From positions 8,667 through 72,666 of the forward strand of contig CATYXQ010000004.1 of the NCBI GenBank assembly GCA_958414825.1: a DNA stretch of 64,000 bases, in the 5' to 3' direction. Of the stretch, positions 18,789-28,598 are shown in pieces. Below the pieces are notes generated by a model. That model was not told where the DNA came from and made no database searches. It was given only the letters and a program-made list of their open reading frames with translations. This DNA comes from an uncultured Eubacteriales bacterium. GTDB taxonomy: Bacteria > Bacillota > Clostridia > Oscillospirales > CAG-272. A program made the position numbers and the translations under genes. Position 1 is the first letter of the stretch. Every line of letters begins with the position of its first letter.

Positions 18789-19021
18789 GCCAAATCTCCT
18801 TTCTGTCGGCGTTCTTCGAGCACGGTAATACGGTGCTCGTGGTCGTCGATCTGCTCGCCGTGATGCGTGATGCGCGCCTCGTTGCGCGCCATGTTCTGAT
18901 TTAAGCTGTCAATCGAGCAGTTCAGCTTCGTGATGCTCGAATTGAGCTTGATTATGGGCGAGATCACCGAGAGGCCGAAGCCGACTAAGGCGATAAGCCC
19001 CGTTACAATTTCCCACGTCAT
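18785..19021 (-). CDS. Small membrane protein (N-terminal TM plus coiled coil); lysis-associated or holin-like
   Basis: ORF track. MTWEIVTGLIALVGFGLSVISPII TM segment, then a heptad-like region. It overlaps the start of the M23 gene. Confidence 0.5.
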   Translation of the reverse strand: MTWEIVTGLIALVGFGLSVISPIIKLNSSITKLNCSIDSLNQNMARNEARITHHGEQIDDHEHRITVLEERRQKGDLA

Positions 19022-19033
19022 TTGTTTCCTCCT

Positions 19034-20743
19034 TTATGTCCCATATTCGCCCCGGTTACCGCCGGAACCGCACGCGCGGGCGGCGACGCGCCAGTAATCA
19101 ATGCCGAGGTTATTGCGCAAACTAACACAAGCAAAACCGCCGTCGCCCCAAGAATCCAGACCGCCTAAAGCCAGCCATTCACGCCAACTGGTAGTTGCCG
19201 CACCGTCACGGGAAAAGTCCGCACAGTAGCCGGTAGTGGCGGAACTCGCAAAGGACTGTGCAAGCATATATGCTTCCTGGTCGTTTGCCTCCCAGTTGAG
19301 TTCTGCAACACATTTACTCCCTGCATCCGTTTCCTTTGGGATCGTACCAACCCTGTAACGGTTGGCGCCGCTGTTGCCTGCCTGAATGTCGGCGGCCTTG
19401 CGGTTAAGATACACGGCGTACTTTTCAGCGTCCCCGTAAAGCGTGGTATCAGCAGTCACCTCATACATACCGAGCATTATTTCAATACCCTGAATCTTAC
19501 AGGGCTCTTTGCCGCTGATGTTATCGGTAGGACTGCCGTCATTGCCGAGCACACCGTTCGTGCTGCCGGTCTGCCACGGTTGCGCCACAATGTATGTGGC
19601 GGTTGTGGTGTTAAAGGGCGTTTCGGCGTCGAGGTTTACGGCCTTGTACGCCGTACCGTCCACCGTTACATCCTCAATGCTCAAAATCTTTGTAATATCG
19701 CACACATCGTAGCAGGCGGTTTGGTTTCTGTCTTTACTGGCGCCAAGCGATACGCATCTGCCTGCCGCAAAATACGCCGCCTGCGCGGCGGTGAGCAGCA
19801 CGCGGGTCACGCCCGTTTCAGCGACTGCCGCCGTATATGCGGCAGAATAACTGCGGCATCCACTCATTACCTGCGCGGAGCCGAGCGTTGCATATTTGAT
19901 CTCCAGCATCAACTGCACAAAAGCAATATCGCACAGACTCGCCCCGCAGTATTGATTCCCCCACTCACGCCACAAGCTGATCTGCCCGTCATGGCTGATC
20001 TGCGCCGACCCCGCCGAACCGGGGCGGCGGGTTGCGGGCTGCACGCCGGAAACGCTGGAAAGCCGCCCCGCCGCGTTGAATCCCGCCGCATACTTTGCAT
20101 GGATCACAAAGGGACGCACGCTGTTATCGCGCGCCCGCACCGCTTCAGGGAGCGGCTTGAAGCCCTCGGACGGCTTCGCCCGGTATTCCACTTTTTTCGT
20201 CGTATCCGTCGCGGTTCTGCGCACCCAGCCGGTCATCTGCATCACGCCGACCATACTGTCGGCAGGCGCGCCCGTAAAATCTCCCGCAATATCCTTTACC
20301 GCATGGATCACCGGCTCCAGCGTGTCCGCGTCAATGGTATAGTTGCAGTCAAAGCACGCAAACAGCGGCAGATCCGCGTAGTCGTCCCGCGCCGCCAAAA
20401 TATTGGTCGAGGGGACGCAGACAAGCCCCGCATTGCCGTCCAGCTTTGTCCCCGCGGGCGTGGGGTTGACGCTGTATCTATAAAACTCCGATGCGTGGGT
20501 ATCGTCCGCCGATTTTGCCGCCGCCGTGAAAAACCGGTTGGAAATTTCTGTAAGACTGCCGCCGCCCGCATAGATTTCGGCAAATTTTTTAAACGCTTCC
20601 CGCGCGCCGTGCGCCTCGATCAGCAGGGCGGCAATTTGCGCGTCCGCGTCCGCTTCCGCCGCCGTCCTGCCCGCCGCCGCGCCCGCCGCATAGACTACCG
20701 GTATGTTTTCCGCTACTGCCGTCAGCTTGTCCGATATGCTCAT
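19034..20743 (-). CDS. Phage tail fiber or receptor-binding candidate, function unknown
   Basis: ORF track. 569 aa, the last structural gene before the lysis genes. The Ala/Gly-rich N-terminus (MSISDKLTAVAENIPVVYAAG) resembles that of the preceding ORF. Confidence 0.5.
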   Translation of the reverse strand: MSISDKLTAVAENIPVVYAAGAAAGRTAAEADADAQIAALLIEAHGAREAFKKFAEIYAGGGSLTEISNRFFTAAAKSADDTHASEFYRYSVNPTPAGTKLDGNAGLVCVPSTNILAARDDYADLPLFACFDCNYTIDADTLEPVIHAVKDIAGDFTGAPADSMVGVMQMTGWVRRTATDTTKKVEYRAKPSEGFKPLPEAVRARDNSVRPFVIHAKYAAGFNAAGRLSSVSGVQPATRRPGSAGSAQISHDGQISLWREWGNQYCGASLCDIAFVQLMLEIKYATLGSAQVMSGCRSYSAAYTAAVAETGVTRVLLTAAQAAYFAAGRCVSLGASKDRNQTACYDVCDITKILSIEDVTVDGTAYKAVNLDAETPFNTTTATYIVAQPWQTGSTNGVLGNDGSPTDNISGKEPCKIQGIEIMLGMYEVTADTTLYGDAEKYAVYLNRKAADIQAGNSGANRYRVGTIPKETDAGSKCVAELNWEANDQEAYMLAQSFASSATTGYCADFSRDGAATTSWREWLALGGLDSWGDGGFACVSLRNNLGIDYWRVAARACGSGGNRGEYGT

Positions 20744-20755
20744 ATTTCTCCTCCT

Positions 20756-21256
20756 TTACGCCTGAGAAAACGCCGTGATTTCAAAGGCCGCCGTCTCGCC
20801 CGTCACCGCCGCGCCGTAATAGACCGCGCTGTAATATGTGTCCTCGCCGGAAGCTTCGATTGTCATATCGTAAATGACAATCGACCCGCCGCCGCTTCCG
20901 CTCAGCATACCGCCGCTCCACCCGCTGCTCCAATATCCGCCGCCCTCTATGGGGGGTGAGAACAGAAAGCATCCGTTTTGGGTCATGACGTGCGTGGAAT
21001 CTCCGGTCGGGATCGCGATTGTTTTCGTCGTTCCGTCGCCGAGATACACAGTAGCGGTCACGCTCTGATACGTGTTGTGAAAGGTCACGCTGACAGACGC
21101 GCCGCCCGACGGAATTTGCGCAATATATCCGGGCAGGTCGCTCAGCGCCGCGCCGGACGGTACGCTCACGCCCTTTGCCGTGACTGCGCTTTTGCAGCTG
21201 CCAATGGCGGCGGAGAGCTTTGCACCCGTCTGCGTCAAACTCGATGCAATGCTCAT
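20756..21256 (-). CDS. Phage tail-fiber-associated hypothetical protein
   Basis: ORF track. ATGA overlap with the upstream collagen-like gene. Preferred over the overlapping 20781..21269 ORF, whose product is Arg-rich and of low complexity. Confidence 0.5.
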   Translation of the reverse strand: MSIASSLTQTGAKLSAAIGSCKSAVTAKGVSVPSGAALSDLPGYIAQIPSGGASVSVTFHNTYQSVTATVYLGDGTTKTIAIPTGDSTHVMTQNGCFLFSPPIEGGGYWSSGWSGGMLSGSGGGSIVIYDMTIEASGEDTYYSAVYYGAAVTGETAAFEITAFSQA

Positions 21257-22623
21257 ACCGTACCTCCAATCATCGCGTCAAGCGAAGCGATAACCGCGTC
21301 CACGTCGCCGATCATAGCGTCTATCTCCGCCTTGGTGTACGTGTTTTGGGAGACTTCGGCGGCTATTTCCGCTTTGTCGGCGGCGGTCAGTATGTAACTG
21401 TCCCCCTTGTCTCCCTTATCGCCTTTCGCGCCCGGTTCTCCCTTGTCTCCCTTGTCTCCCTTTGCCCCCGGCGCGCCTGTGTCGCCTTTCTCTCCTTTTT
21501 CGCCGGGATCGCCTTTGTCTCCTTTTTCTCCCGGCTCGCCTTTCAGCACAGACAGCGGCGCGCCGTTTATATAGTCCTGCTCCAGCGCCGCTATCGCGTC
21601 CAGCGCCGCGTTTGTGTCTCCGAGCAGATCTTCTTTTTGTTCGGGCGTCATGTCCGCATAGGTAAATGCCGCTCCCGGCTCTCCTTTTTCACCCCGGATG
21701 TTTGCGCCGTCGGCGGCGGGCATATCGGATTTGCTCGCCGACCAGCTGAGATTCCCGGCGGCGTCTACCGACGGGGTATAATAGCCGCCGTCTGTTCCCG
21801 CGTCCCCTTTTGCCCCCGTCTCGCCTTTCTCGCCCTTGATGTTCGCGCCGGACACGCCCGGCATACCGCTTTTACTCGCGCGAAAGCTCAAATTTCCCGC
21901 GCCGTCTACCGCCGGGATATAGTACCCCCCGGCCTCTCCCGCCGCGCCCGCGTCTCCTTTTTCGCCTTTCTCTCCTTTTTCGCCCGGCTCGCCGCGCTCG
22001 CCTTTCTCCCCCGCCAAGCCTTTCGGTGCTGTAAATTCAGCAGTTGCGCCGGTGTCAAAAGTTTGTCTGTAGATATTCCCGCCGTCCGAGTCCTCGGCAA
22101 CAAACACCGTGCTAACAATTTTTGCACCTGTTGCGCCAGTGTCGCCTTTCTCGCCTTGCTCCCCGCGATCGCCTTTTTCGCCTTTGAATTTGCCTGCGTC
22201 AGCGTCATCACGTACAGATTGCGCGATTGCTTTTGTATCTTCGCTCAATGTAATAAGCTGCTCGTATTCGTTTGGTGTTGGTTTGGACGCTTCGGTGCCG
22301 TCTGTATAGATTCCTTTGTTGATATACACGGATGCTATTACGCTGGGGAGGATTTTTTCACCGTTTTGACCGACAACACCGATTTGTAATGTTCCGGGTT
22401 TTGTCAGCGTTTCCCACGGTACAGTGCAAATATTAGATGCGTCAAGCAATATTTTTTTCACGCTTCCGCTTCCCGCAAATACAGCGGTCTTGGTATATCC
22501 ATCCCATTCTTCGTCAAATTCAAATTGCGTGTATACGGTTTCGATAGAGCGTTCTGTCAGTATACTATAGTCGCAGCGATCAATGTCCCGTCCCGCAAAC
22601 TTGATTGTAATTTGTCCTGTCAT
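21253..22623 (-). CDS. Collagen-like (Gly-X-Y) repeat tail fiber protein
   Basis: ORF track. Several G-X-Y tracts, for example GEKGDRGEQGEKGDTGATGA and GEPGEKGDKGDPGEKGEKGDTGAPGAKGDKGDKGEPGAKGDKGDKG. Confidence 0.8.
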   Translation of the reverse strand: MTGQITIKFAGRDIDRCDYSILTERSIETVYTQFEFDEEWDGYTKTAVFAGSGSVKKILLDASNICTVPWETLTKPGTLQIGVVGQNGEKILPSVIASVYINKGIYTDGTEASKPTPNEYEQLITLSEDTKAIAQSVRDDADAGKFKGEKGDRGEQGEKGDTGATGAKIVSTVFVAEDSDGGNIYRQTFDTGATAEFTAPKGLAGEKGERGEPGEKGEKGEKGDAGAAGEAGGYYIPAVDGAGNLSFRASKSGMPGVSGANIKGEKGETGAKGDAGTDGGYYTPSVDAAGNLSWSASKSDMPAADGANIRGEKGEPGAAFTYADMTPEQKEDLLGDTNAALDAIAALEQDYINGAPLSVLKGEPGEKGDKGDPGEKGEKGDTGAPGAKGDKGDKGEPGAKGDKGDKGDSYILTAADKAEIAAEVSQNTYTKAEIDAMIGDVDAVIASLDAMIGGTV

Positions 22624-23204
22624 ACTGCCTCCACGCCATATATTAAAACAGTTCCGCTGGTACGTATGTTGTCATACGTAATGTGGTTTGTATTAATGGT
22701 GCCTTCTATTTTTTCAAATGTCATTTGCGCGTTATCGTCTAAAAAACAGTAAATTGCGATTGCGCCGTTTACGTATATGTCTAAGATACAGGTGTTACTG
22801 GAAATAGAACTGTTTCCGATGATGAAACCACCACCGTTTGTAGCAGTTAGGTATAGTTTACTGTATTGATTAATATTTTTAGGGAGTGTGACGTCTGTCA
22901 TCTCGTCTTCCTCCGAAGTATTGACCGTAACCAATAAATTAAGGTTTTTCTTTAGTTCTACACTATCTAAACGGTTGGCAATGTGCAAAAATGCATCATT
23001 TGGCGTGGGATTGCTTGTAACATCCACACCAAGCGCTTCGGCGGTTGCATCCGTCAATATATTGTTGACATTGTACGGCGTTCCCGGTTCACTGGGTTCA
23101 TCATCGCGTTTGAGGTAGATATACCCTATAAATGTGCCGCTCGCGTTGTATTGCGCCATTCGCACCGCGCCGTTTATAACTTGTGTCGGTACCCTGTCTT
23201 TCAT
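22620..23204 (-). CDS. Phage baseplate or tail hypothetical protein
   Basis: ORF track. Overlaps its neighbours by 4 nt at both ends (operon coupling). Confidence 0.55.
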   Translation of the reverse strand: MKDRVPTQVINGAVRMAQYNASGTFIGYIYLKRDDEPSEPGTPYNVNNILTDATAEALGVDVTSNPTPNDAFLHIANRLDSVELKKNLNLLVTVNTSEEDEMTDVTLPKNINQYSKLYLTATNGGGFIIGNSSISSNTCILDIYVNGAIAIYCFLDDNAQMTFEKIEGTINTNHITYDNIRTSGTVLIYGVEAV

Positions 23205-23692
23205 AAAATTCCTCCTGCAAAAATTTCACCGCTGTAGGCAAATGCTGCAGCGGTGTTTTTGATGTTGTTTTCAGCTTGCGTGGCTTTTGTGTTGGCAGAA
23301 TCCGCGCTTTGCTTTAAGTTTTCTTCCATATTGTTTGCGTCAGTGTAAGTCAGGTAGCGCATGGTATCAGGCATTGCTTTTTTCAAAGGTGGTGGAATAT
23401 TGTCTATTACATAATTGATATTATCTAAATATTGCTGCATTTGTGATGCCGTATAGGTGTCCGACGGCTGGAAATCATTTTTAACGGTAATGATCGTAAT
23501 ATCGGGGAACGGCGCGTTTGATTCACTGTCTGCCACGTCATACTGAGTTCGCAAGTTTGCAAGCAAATTGTTTTCTGATTTAATTGTGATTGTTACTGTT
23601 CGACAAAACGACGCGACACGGTTTAAATCCATATATTCGTATGTCGCGTTTGCTGTGCGATTGTATATGAGGCCGGATGTGTCTATATTCAT
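23201..23692 (-). CDS. Phage tail hypothetical protein
   Basis: ORF track. 4-nt overlaps with both neighbours. Confidence 0.55.
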   Translation of the reverse strand: MNIDTSGLIYNRTANATYEYMDLNRVASFCRTVTITIKSENNLLANLRTQYDVADSESNAPFPDITIITVKNDFQPSDTYTASQMQQYLDNINYVIDNIPPPLKKAMPDTMRYLTYTDANNMEENLKQSADSANTKATQAENNIKNTAAAFAYSGEIFAGGIL

Positions 23693-25155
23693 ACGTTTTT
23701 CCCCCTTATGGTCAGCGTGGAGGCAAACAGATTTGTGATTGACGTTTCCCGCTTAGTAATAATCCCAGTAAAATCGGCGTCCAATATATCTATAGTCTGC
23801 ACACGATCGCCCGGCGCTTCGTTTGTGATGATGATTTTTTGCGCAACCTCCGTGTTGTCTATATAATATGCATACAAACTGTCAATCAGTGCGTTTGCCC
23901 GTGTCTGCGTGACCAGCGTAGCCGTTGTAATTTCTACCGGATTATCCGGTGTTCCGGATACAACATTTGGATTGCTTTTGAGCACGTAACCCATTGTGTC
24001 GTAGTAAGTTACACCGTCAATCTCTATGCTATCCGCTCCCTCGCTTGCGCTGGTAGAATATGTATGATAAGCCAGTTTGACGGACGTTACAACCGGGTTT
24101 GCCTTGATTGACGCGCCGGTGTAAATATTTCCTGTGGGAATTTGTTTTGCCGTCTGTGGCAAGGTAAATATGCGGATAACTTCGCTGTCCGCAGTGGTAC
24201 ATACCGCTCCGATGGCGAATAGAAGTTGATGCAGGGCGGATCGCTTGTTGCCCTCCGGGATATATCCGCTGAGCGCTATGGATTGAAGATTGGCCTGCAT
24301 TGACCACGGGAACGTATCGCCGAGGATGTCCACTGCGATTTGTTTTGCGGTTTGGTTTATATACATCTTGGCAGGAAAAGGCTGTTCTGCGAGTATTCCG
24401 ATGGACGATTGACAGGATACTGCATAATTGCTGTACGCTGTGGTGTCTGCGCTGCGCAGATAATGCGCGGCTGCAAGCTCGCTGTCCCGATAAATTTTAA
24501 ATGGCTGCCGCGACTGGAACATATACCGCATTTGCGTTTGTGGGCGTAGCGTAAATGTGCTGGTATCAATCGCGAGTTCTTCGGAAATCGGGTTTACCTC
24601 TTGGATCAAGTTTGCCGCTGTGAAATCGGATGGCGTAAAAAGACGCTCTATGCCAAATATCACTTTTTGTATACGTGCAAATCTGCGGGGTTTGGATGAA
24701 GATACGAATTCAATTTTAATTTTGTTGTACAGCGAAACTACACGTTCAATTGCAAAATCTGCACTGCCGGTATACTGTACGGTTTGAAGCAAAGTTGAAT
24801 CGTTATACCAACTGATATTAACAACATACTGCACATCCTCTAACATGTCGAACAGTATGGTCAGACCGGAGGACGTATAATTTTCCGACAATACGATTTC
24901 CAATCCTACGCCGGATGCATATATGCCTGAATCGTCGGATTGCTCCAGCGACACATACCCATAATCCGCACTTGTATAGCCGTAAATATCCACATTGCCG
25001 TTTAGTTTCCAGCGGCCAGATTCGCCGGTGGCAACCAGAAGCGGGGAAGCGCCTGCTGAAAGGTTATCTAAACTCGCGTAGGATTGTATTTGACCGCTGT
25101 ATGATGCGTTATCATCTGCTCCGGGTGCAATGTCCGAATAAATAATCTGTATCAT
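23689..25155 (-). CDS. Tail-associated (Tal-like) protein
   Basis: ORF track lists 23689..25209. I prefer the internal ATG at 25155, which forms an ATGA overlap with the stop of the upstream ORF. Its position, two genes after the tape measure, supports the call. Confidence 0.55.
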   Translation of the reverse strand: MIQIIYSDIAPGADDNASYSGQIQSYASLDNLSAGASPLLVATGESGRWKLNGNVDIYGYTSADYGYVSLEQSDDSGIYASGVGLEIVLSENYTSSGLTILFDMLEDVQYVVNISWYNDSTLLQTVQYTGSADFAIERVVSLYNKIKIEFVSSSKPRRFARIQKVIFGIERLFTPSDFTAANLIQEVNPISEELAIDTSTFTLRPQTQMRYMFQSRQPFKIYRDSELAAAHYLRSADTTAYSNYAVSCQSSIGILAEQPFPAKMYINQTAKQIAVDILGDTFPWSMQANLQSIALSGYIPEGNKRSALHQLLFAIGAVCTTADSEVIRIFTLPQTAKQIPTGNIYTGASIKANPVVTSVKLAYHTYSTSASEGADSIEIDGVTYYDTMGYVLKSNPNVVSGTPDNPVEITTATLVTQTRANALIDSLYAYYIDNTEVAQKIIITNEAPGDRVQTIDILDADFTGIITKRETSITNLFASTLTIRGKNV

Positions 25156-25547
25156 ACCGGCAACCTCTGCGGAGCCATAGCAATCACGGAAAAAGAAAGA
25201 TTTTTCCATCGGTTTGCGTCCTCTCCGATTAAAATCAATTCATCGTCACCTGTGGTGATATATGCTTCAAACGTCAGTGTTCCCTGGCCGTAAGGCACGA
25301 CGATGATATGGCTGTCTTTCGGTGACGATATGACCTCATAGAAGGCATCGTATGTTTCCGGCGCCGCCTGTTTGGGGTCTACTGTAAACTGATAATTGTA
25401 AAAGGTGCCGATAATGTCGCGCACCATTTTACCGGATACGGACAATCGTCCGGCATTGTCGCCGTCCGTGACTGAGAACGACCGTTTGACAGTCAGTACG
25501 CGGATACCGCTGTATGTTGTACCGTCAATTTGAATGTATTTCTGCAT
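25152..25547 (-). CDS. Distal tail protein (Dit-like), small
   Basis: ORF track. It lies immediately downstream of the tape measure gene (the stop at 25549 abuts the start at 25547). The call rests on position only. Confidence 0.45.
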   Translation of the reverse strand: MQKYIQIDGTTYSGIRVLTVKRSFSVTDGDNAGRLSVSGKMVRDIIGTFYNYQFTVDPKQAAPETYDAFYEVISSPKDSHIIVVPYGQGTLTFEAYITTGDDELILIGEDANRWKNLSFSVIAMAPQRLPV

Positions 25548-25548
25548 G

Positions 25549-28029
25549 TCAAACCTCCGAAAAGTTTATGCCTACACGCTTGCTCTCGCGCTTGTTGAGC
25601 TTGTATACCAAACGACCGAATTTTTCCCCGTCGATTTCAAGAATTGCCTCTGTTTGTCCCGCCGCTCCGGTGCGGGAGATCACATTGGCGACGGCCTGTT
25701 CGATTGTAGCGAGTGGCGCTTCGATGTTCGTTCCGTGTTTTTGATCGCCCAGTACGGCTAAAAATTCGCGGTTGGCTGGTATGACCGCGCCGGTCGCAAG
25801 CATAGGAATTTGAGGAGTTTCAAAATGGGCAAAGTTGAATCCAAATGTCTTCCCGCCTAGCGGCGGTGGTACCCATTCGGGTATATCAAAACTCAGCGTA
25901 TTTATGGCGTCGATCATGTAATTAAGGCCGCCGATTATTGCGGCTAATAGTTTATTTACAAGTCCTATTATGGCGTTTATTGGTGTTTTCACAATACTTT
26001 CCATCGTGTCCCATATACCTTTAAATGCCATTTGTATTCCGTTCCATGCTTCCTCCCAGTCGCCTTTGAATATCGCGGTGATAAAATGAACAACGCCTTT
26101 TAACGCTGTAATAATACCATTAACCGTATCTATAATGCCTCCTATAATCGGCTTGATAAAATCTATAATGCCTTGCCATACTGCTACAACAATTGGATAC
26201 AGTTTATCCTGTAACCACATGATTACCGGGGCTATTGCATTGTTGTAAATGGTAAGTGCACAGTTTACAATCTCGCCTACAAAGTCCAGTATATTATCCC
26301 ATAGTGGTTTTAAATGGTTGTCCCATATATCCGTCAGTGCTAAGAGTATCGTATCCCATATAGGTTTGATTAGTCCATCCCACGCATTTTTTATAATTTG
26401 CTTGACATTTTCAATCGCTTTATTCAATCCTTCAAATATAGGTGCACCCCATTTTTCCCATGCGTCGAAAATTCCGCTCCATATATCGCTCCATATGTCT
26501 ACAATTAAGGACAATCCGGGTATAATTCCCTCGCTCCATACGTTGTCGAATATTGATTTTATGCTGCCGAATGTCTGGGTTGCAGTATTGCTTATATTTG
26601 TAAAAAAAGAGAGCCAGAACGGCCATATCGTTGTAATTAATGTTTGAGATGCTGGAAGAAATACCGTTTTCCAAGTAGATGAAAGTGTAGTGTTGAGTGT
26701 ATCGGATAAATCGGCAATAATCCCTCCCCAATTTTCAATTGTTGTTTGCAGGAACGGCGTTACGTTTCCGTTAAAAAAGTTGTATATTGGTTCTGCAAGT
26801 GTCCCGGAATCTGCAAAAATATTTTGAAATGTATCTTTAATACCGGAAAATTTGGGGGTTATATTGTCAATAGCGGAAGCAAAAGACGGTGAGAGATTCG
26901 TATGGAACCAATCAATCAACTCTTGAAATACCATCTTAATGTGTTCTGCTGCTTTGATGGTTGATGAATTTGCTACTTGTGGCAGTGATGATATTGTTTC
27001 CGATTCAGATCCGATATTAACAGACGTTTGGGATACTGGGGCGTTTCCTGAAATTTTGTTGATTTCATCAAATCCGGCCAGTGATTTATTTTGCGCTTGG
27101 GCGGTTTCTTCGATTGCGTCCGTCAAATAATTTTGCGCTGTCACGGCAGACTGTATATGATCGGTTTGCTTACTCTCTTGCATATTCGTACTAAATAGAG
27201 CCGCCGTGATTTCTTTTATTTTTACAGCGAAAGAAGTGAGCGCAGATACTATGTTGTTAAGTATTTGAAGTGCCGGCGTAAGTACAGTTATAAGAGCGCT
27301 TCCGATTTCGGACATAAATTCTTTCCAGCGTTCAGATAATATACGGGTTTGATTTGCCCAGCTGTTTTGAGTTTTTGCGAAGTCTCCGCTTGCGTCTGAC
27401 AATGCGTTGGTTACGAATGCATAACGTAACCCCACCTTTTCTGCTTGTGTCATGGCGTTGTACGATTTTGTTATACCCTTGGCCATAGCAAATTCTTTCA
27501 GATTGGTTTCCGTCATCACAACACCGAGATCTTTCAGCGTTTCGGTTTCTCCGGTGAATACACTTTTTAATTTGGTTGCGGCGGAATCATGGTCAAGATT
27601 GTAAAATGATGCTACATCGCCCGTAAGTTTTGCAATTTCGATCGCCATATTTGATGCTGCGTCTACAGGGACGCCCATGCTTTTTGCCATAGCCATATAT
27701 GTTGATGCGGTTTGCTTCGCTGCGAGTTTACTCATTCCGAATTGTTCAATAGCAGTATCGGCAAACGCCTCACATTTATATGCCATATCGCCAAATGCCG
27801 TATTTACCACATTCTGTACTTCGGAAATATCACTTGCGAGTTCCACGGCTTGACTGCTAAAATTGACAATAGCTTTTATACTGAACGCTGCCGCGATTGC
27901 CCCCCCGAATTTTTTCAATGAGGATTGAAGCCCGTTTATAGCGCTTTCTGTGTTTTTTATTCCTCTGTTTATGCCATTTTGATCAAATCCAATTGTTAGC
28001 CGAATATCGCCGTCTACGCTTTTTGGCAT
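25549..28029 (-). CDS. Tail tape measure protein
   Basis: ORF track. 826 aa. N-terminal TP901-type region (FGMSKLAAKQTASTYMAMAKSMGVP) and long helical Trp/Ile-rich periodic segments (WDGLIKPIWDTILLALTDIWDNHLKPLWDNI). Confidence 0.85.
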   Translation of the reverse strand: MPKSVDGDIRLTIGFDQNGINRGIKNTESAINGLQSSLKKFGGAIAAAFSIKAIVNFSSQAVELASDISEVQNVVNTAFGDMAYKCEAFADTAIEQFGMSKLAAKQTASTYMAMAKSMGVPVDAASNMAIEIAKLTGDVASFYNLDHDSAATKLKSVFTGETETLKDLGVVMTETNLKEFAMAKGITKSYNAMTQAEKVGLRYAFVTNALSDASGDFAKTQNSWANQTRILSERWKEFMSEIGSALITVLTPALQILNNIVSALTSFAVKIKEITAALFSTNMQESKQTDHIQSAVTAQNYLTDAIEETAQAQNKSLAGFDEINKISGNAPVSQTSVNIGSESETISSLPQVANSSTIKAAEHIKMVFQELIDWFHTNLSPSFASAIDNITPKFSGIKDTFQNIFADSGTLAEPIYNFFNGNVTPFLQTTIENWGGIIADLSDTLNTTLSSTWKTVFLPASQTLITTIWPFWLSFFTNISNTATQTFGSIKSIFDNVWSEGIIPGLSLIVDIWSDIWSGIFDAWEKWGAPIFEGLNKAIENVKQIIKNAWDGLIKPIWDTILLALTDIWDNHLKPLWDNILDFVGEIVNCALTIYNNAIAPVIMWLQDKLYPIVVAVWQGIIDFIKPIIGGIIDTVNGIITALKGVVHFITAIFKGDWEEAWNGIQMAFKGIWDTMESIVKTPINAIIGLVNKLLAAIIGGLNYMIDAINTLSFDIPEWVPPPLGGKTFGFNFAHFETPQIPMLATGAVIPANREFLAVLGDQKHGTNIEAPLATIEQAVANVISRTGAAGQTEAILEIDGEKFGRLVYKLNKRESKRVGINFSEV

Positions 28030-28054
28030 TCATGCCACCTCCTACTAAAAATAG

Positions 28055-28089
28055 GTATAAAAACAGCACCCTATATTTTTAGGGTGCTG
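28055..28089 (-). terminator. Intrinsic terminator ending the moron operon, just upstream of the tape measure start
   Basis: A perfect 10-bp stem CAGCACCCTA / TAGGGTGCTG. On the minus strand it is followed by TTTTTAT. Confidence 0.65.
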
Positions 28090-28128
28090 TGCAAAAGGCC
28101 AGATAAAACTACACAGTATAATGATAGA

Positions 28129-28545
28129 TTACAATAGAAAAAATATTATTATATTTATTATGCAGGAGATAATAACCAGTGCTACAAAAAAGTTTAAGCT
28201 CTTACGGATAGATCGCAAAGCGTTTAACTGCTTAGCTGAAATTAATAAATTTATGTCGTAGTTAGAAATATCCGCAAGCGATTTGACATCCACATATCGC
28301 ACATATTTTCCCGTAAAGTCGTCTTCAAATACATCAAGAGGTAATTTTTGGTGCTCATTTGTCATTTTTTTATATTTAATTTGCTCCTCATCCGAGCAAA
28401 ACTGCTTTTGTATGAGCCCTAAATTCAGCTTTACTTGCCGTAATTCTTTTAAAATATCCAAAGCGCTCTCCTTTTCAATTTGTGCCTCCGCGTGAGAGGT
28501 GATACTAATGGATATACCTCTGTTCCATTGGCATCGGTATTTCAA
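28129..28545 (-). CDS. Moron-encoded C-terminally membrane-anchored hypothetical protein
   Basis: ORF track; the listed start is TTG and an alternative TTG follows AAGGAG further in, so the start is uncertain. C-terminal TM segment FFVALVIISCIINIIIFFLL. The gene is AT-rich relative to the flanking phage genes. Confidence 0.55.
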   Translation of the reverse strand: MKYRCQWNRGISISITSHAEAQIEKESALDILKELRQVKLNLGLIQKQFCSDEEQIKYKKMTNEHQKLPLDVFEDDFTGKYVRYVDVKSLADISNYDINLLISAKQLNALRSIRKSLNFFVALVIISCIINIIIFFLL

Positions 28546-28598
28546 ACCACGCCTCTAATAGAGGTGACTTTCTTGCCGTAATTTTTTATTGTCTCCCT

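Noticed and set aside
19034-19250. The C-terminus of the 569-aa tail protein (..LALGGLDSWGDGGFACVSLRNN..RACGSGGNRGEYGT) looked superficially like the variable region of a diversity-generating retroelement.
   Set aside because: There is no reverse transcriptase gene and no template-repeat copy of this segment anywhere in the window.
19580-22389. Long plus-strand ORFs (459 aa and 389 aa) opposite the tail fiber genes.
   Set aside because: Their translations are Arg/Ala/Pro-rich and low-complexity, typical of antisense frames in GC-rich coding DNA. The minus-strand ORFs form a tightly coupled operon with plausible protein composition.
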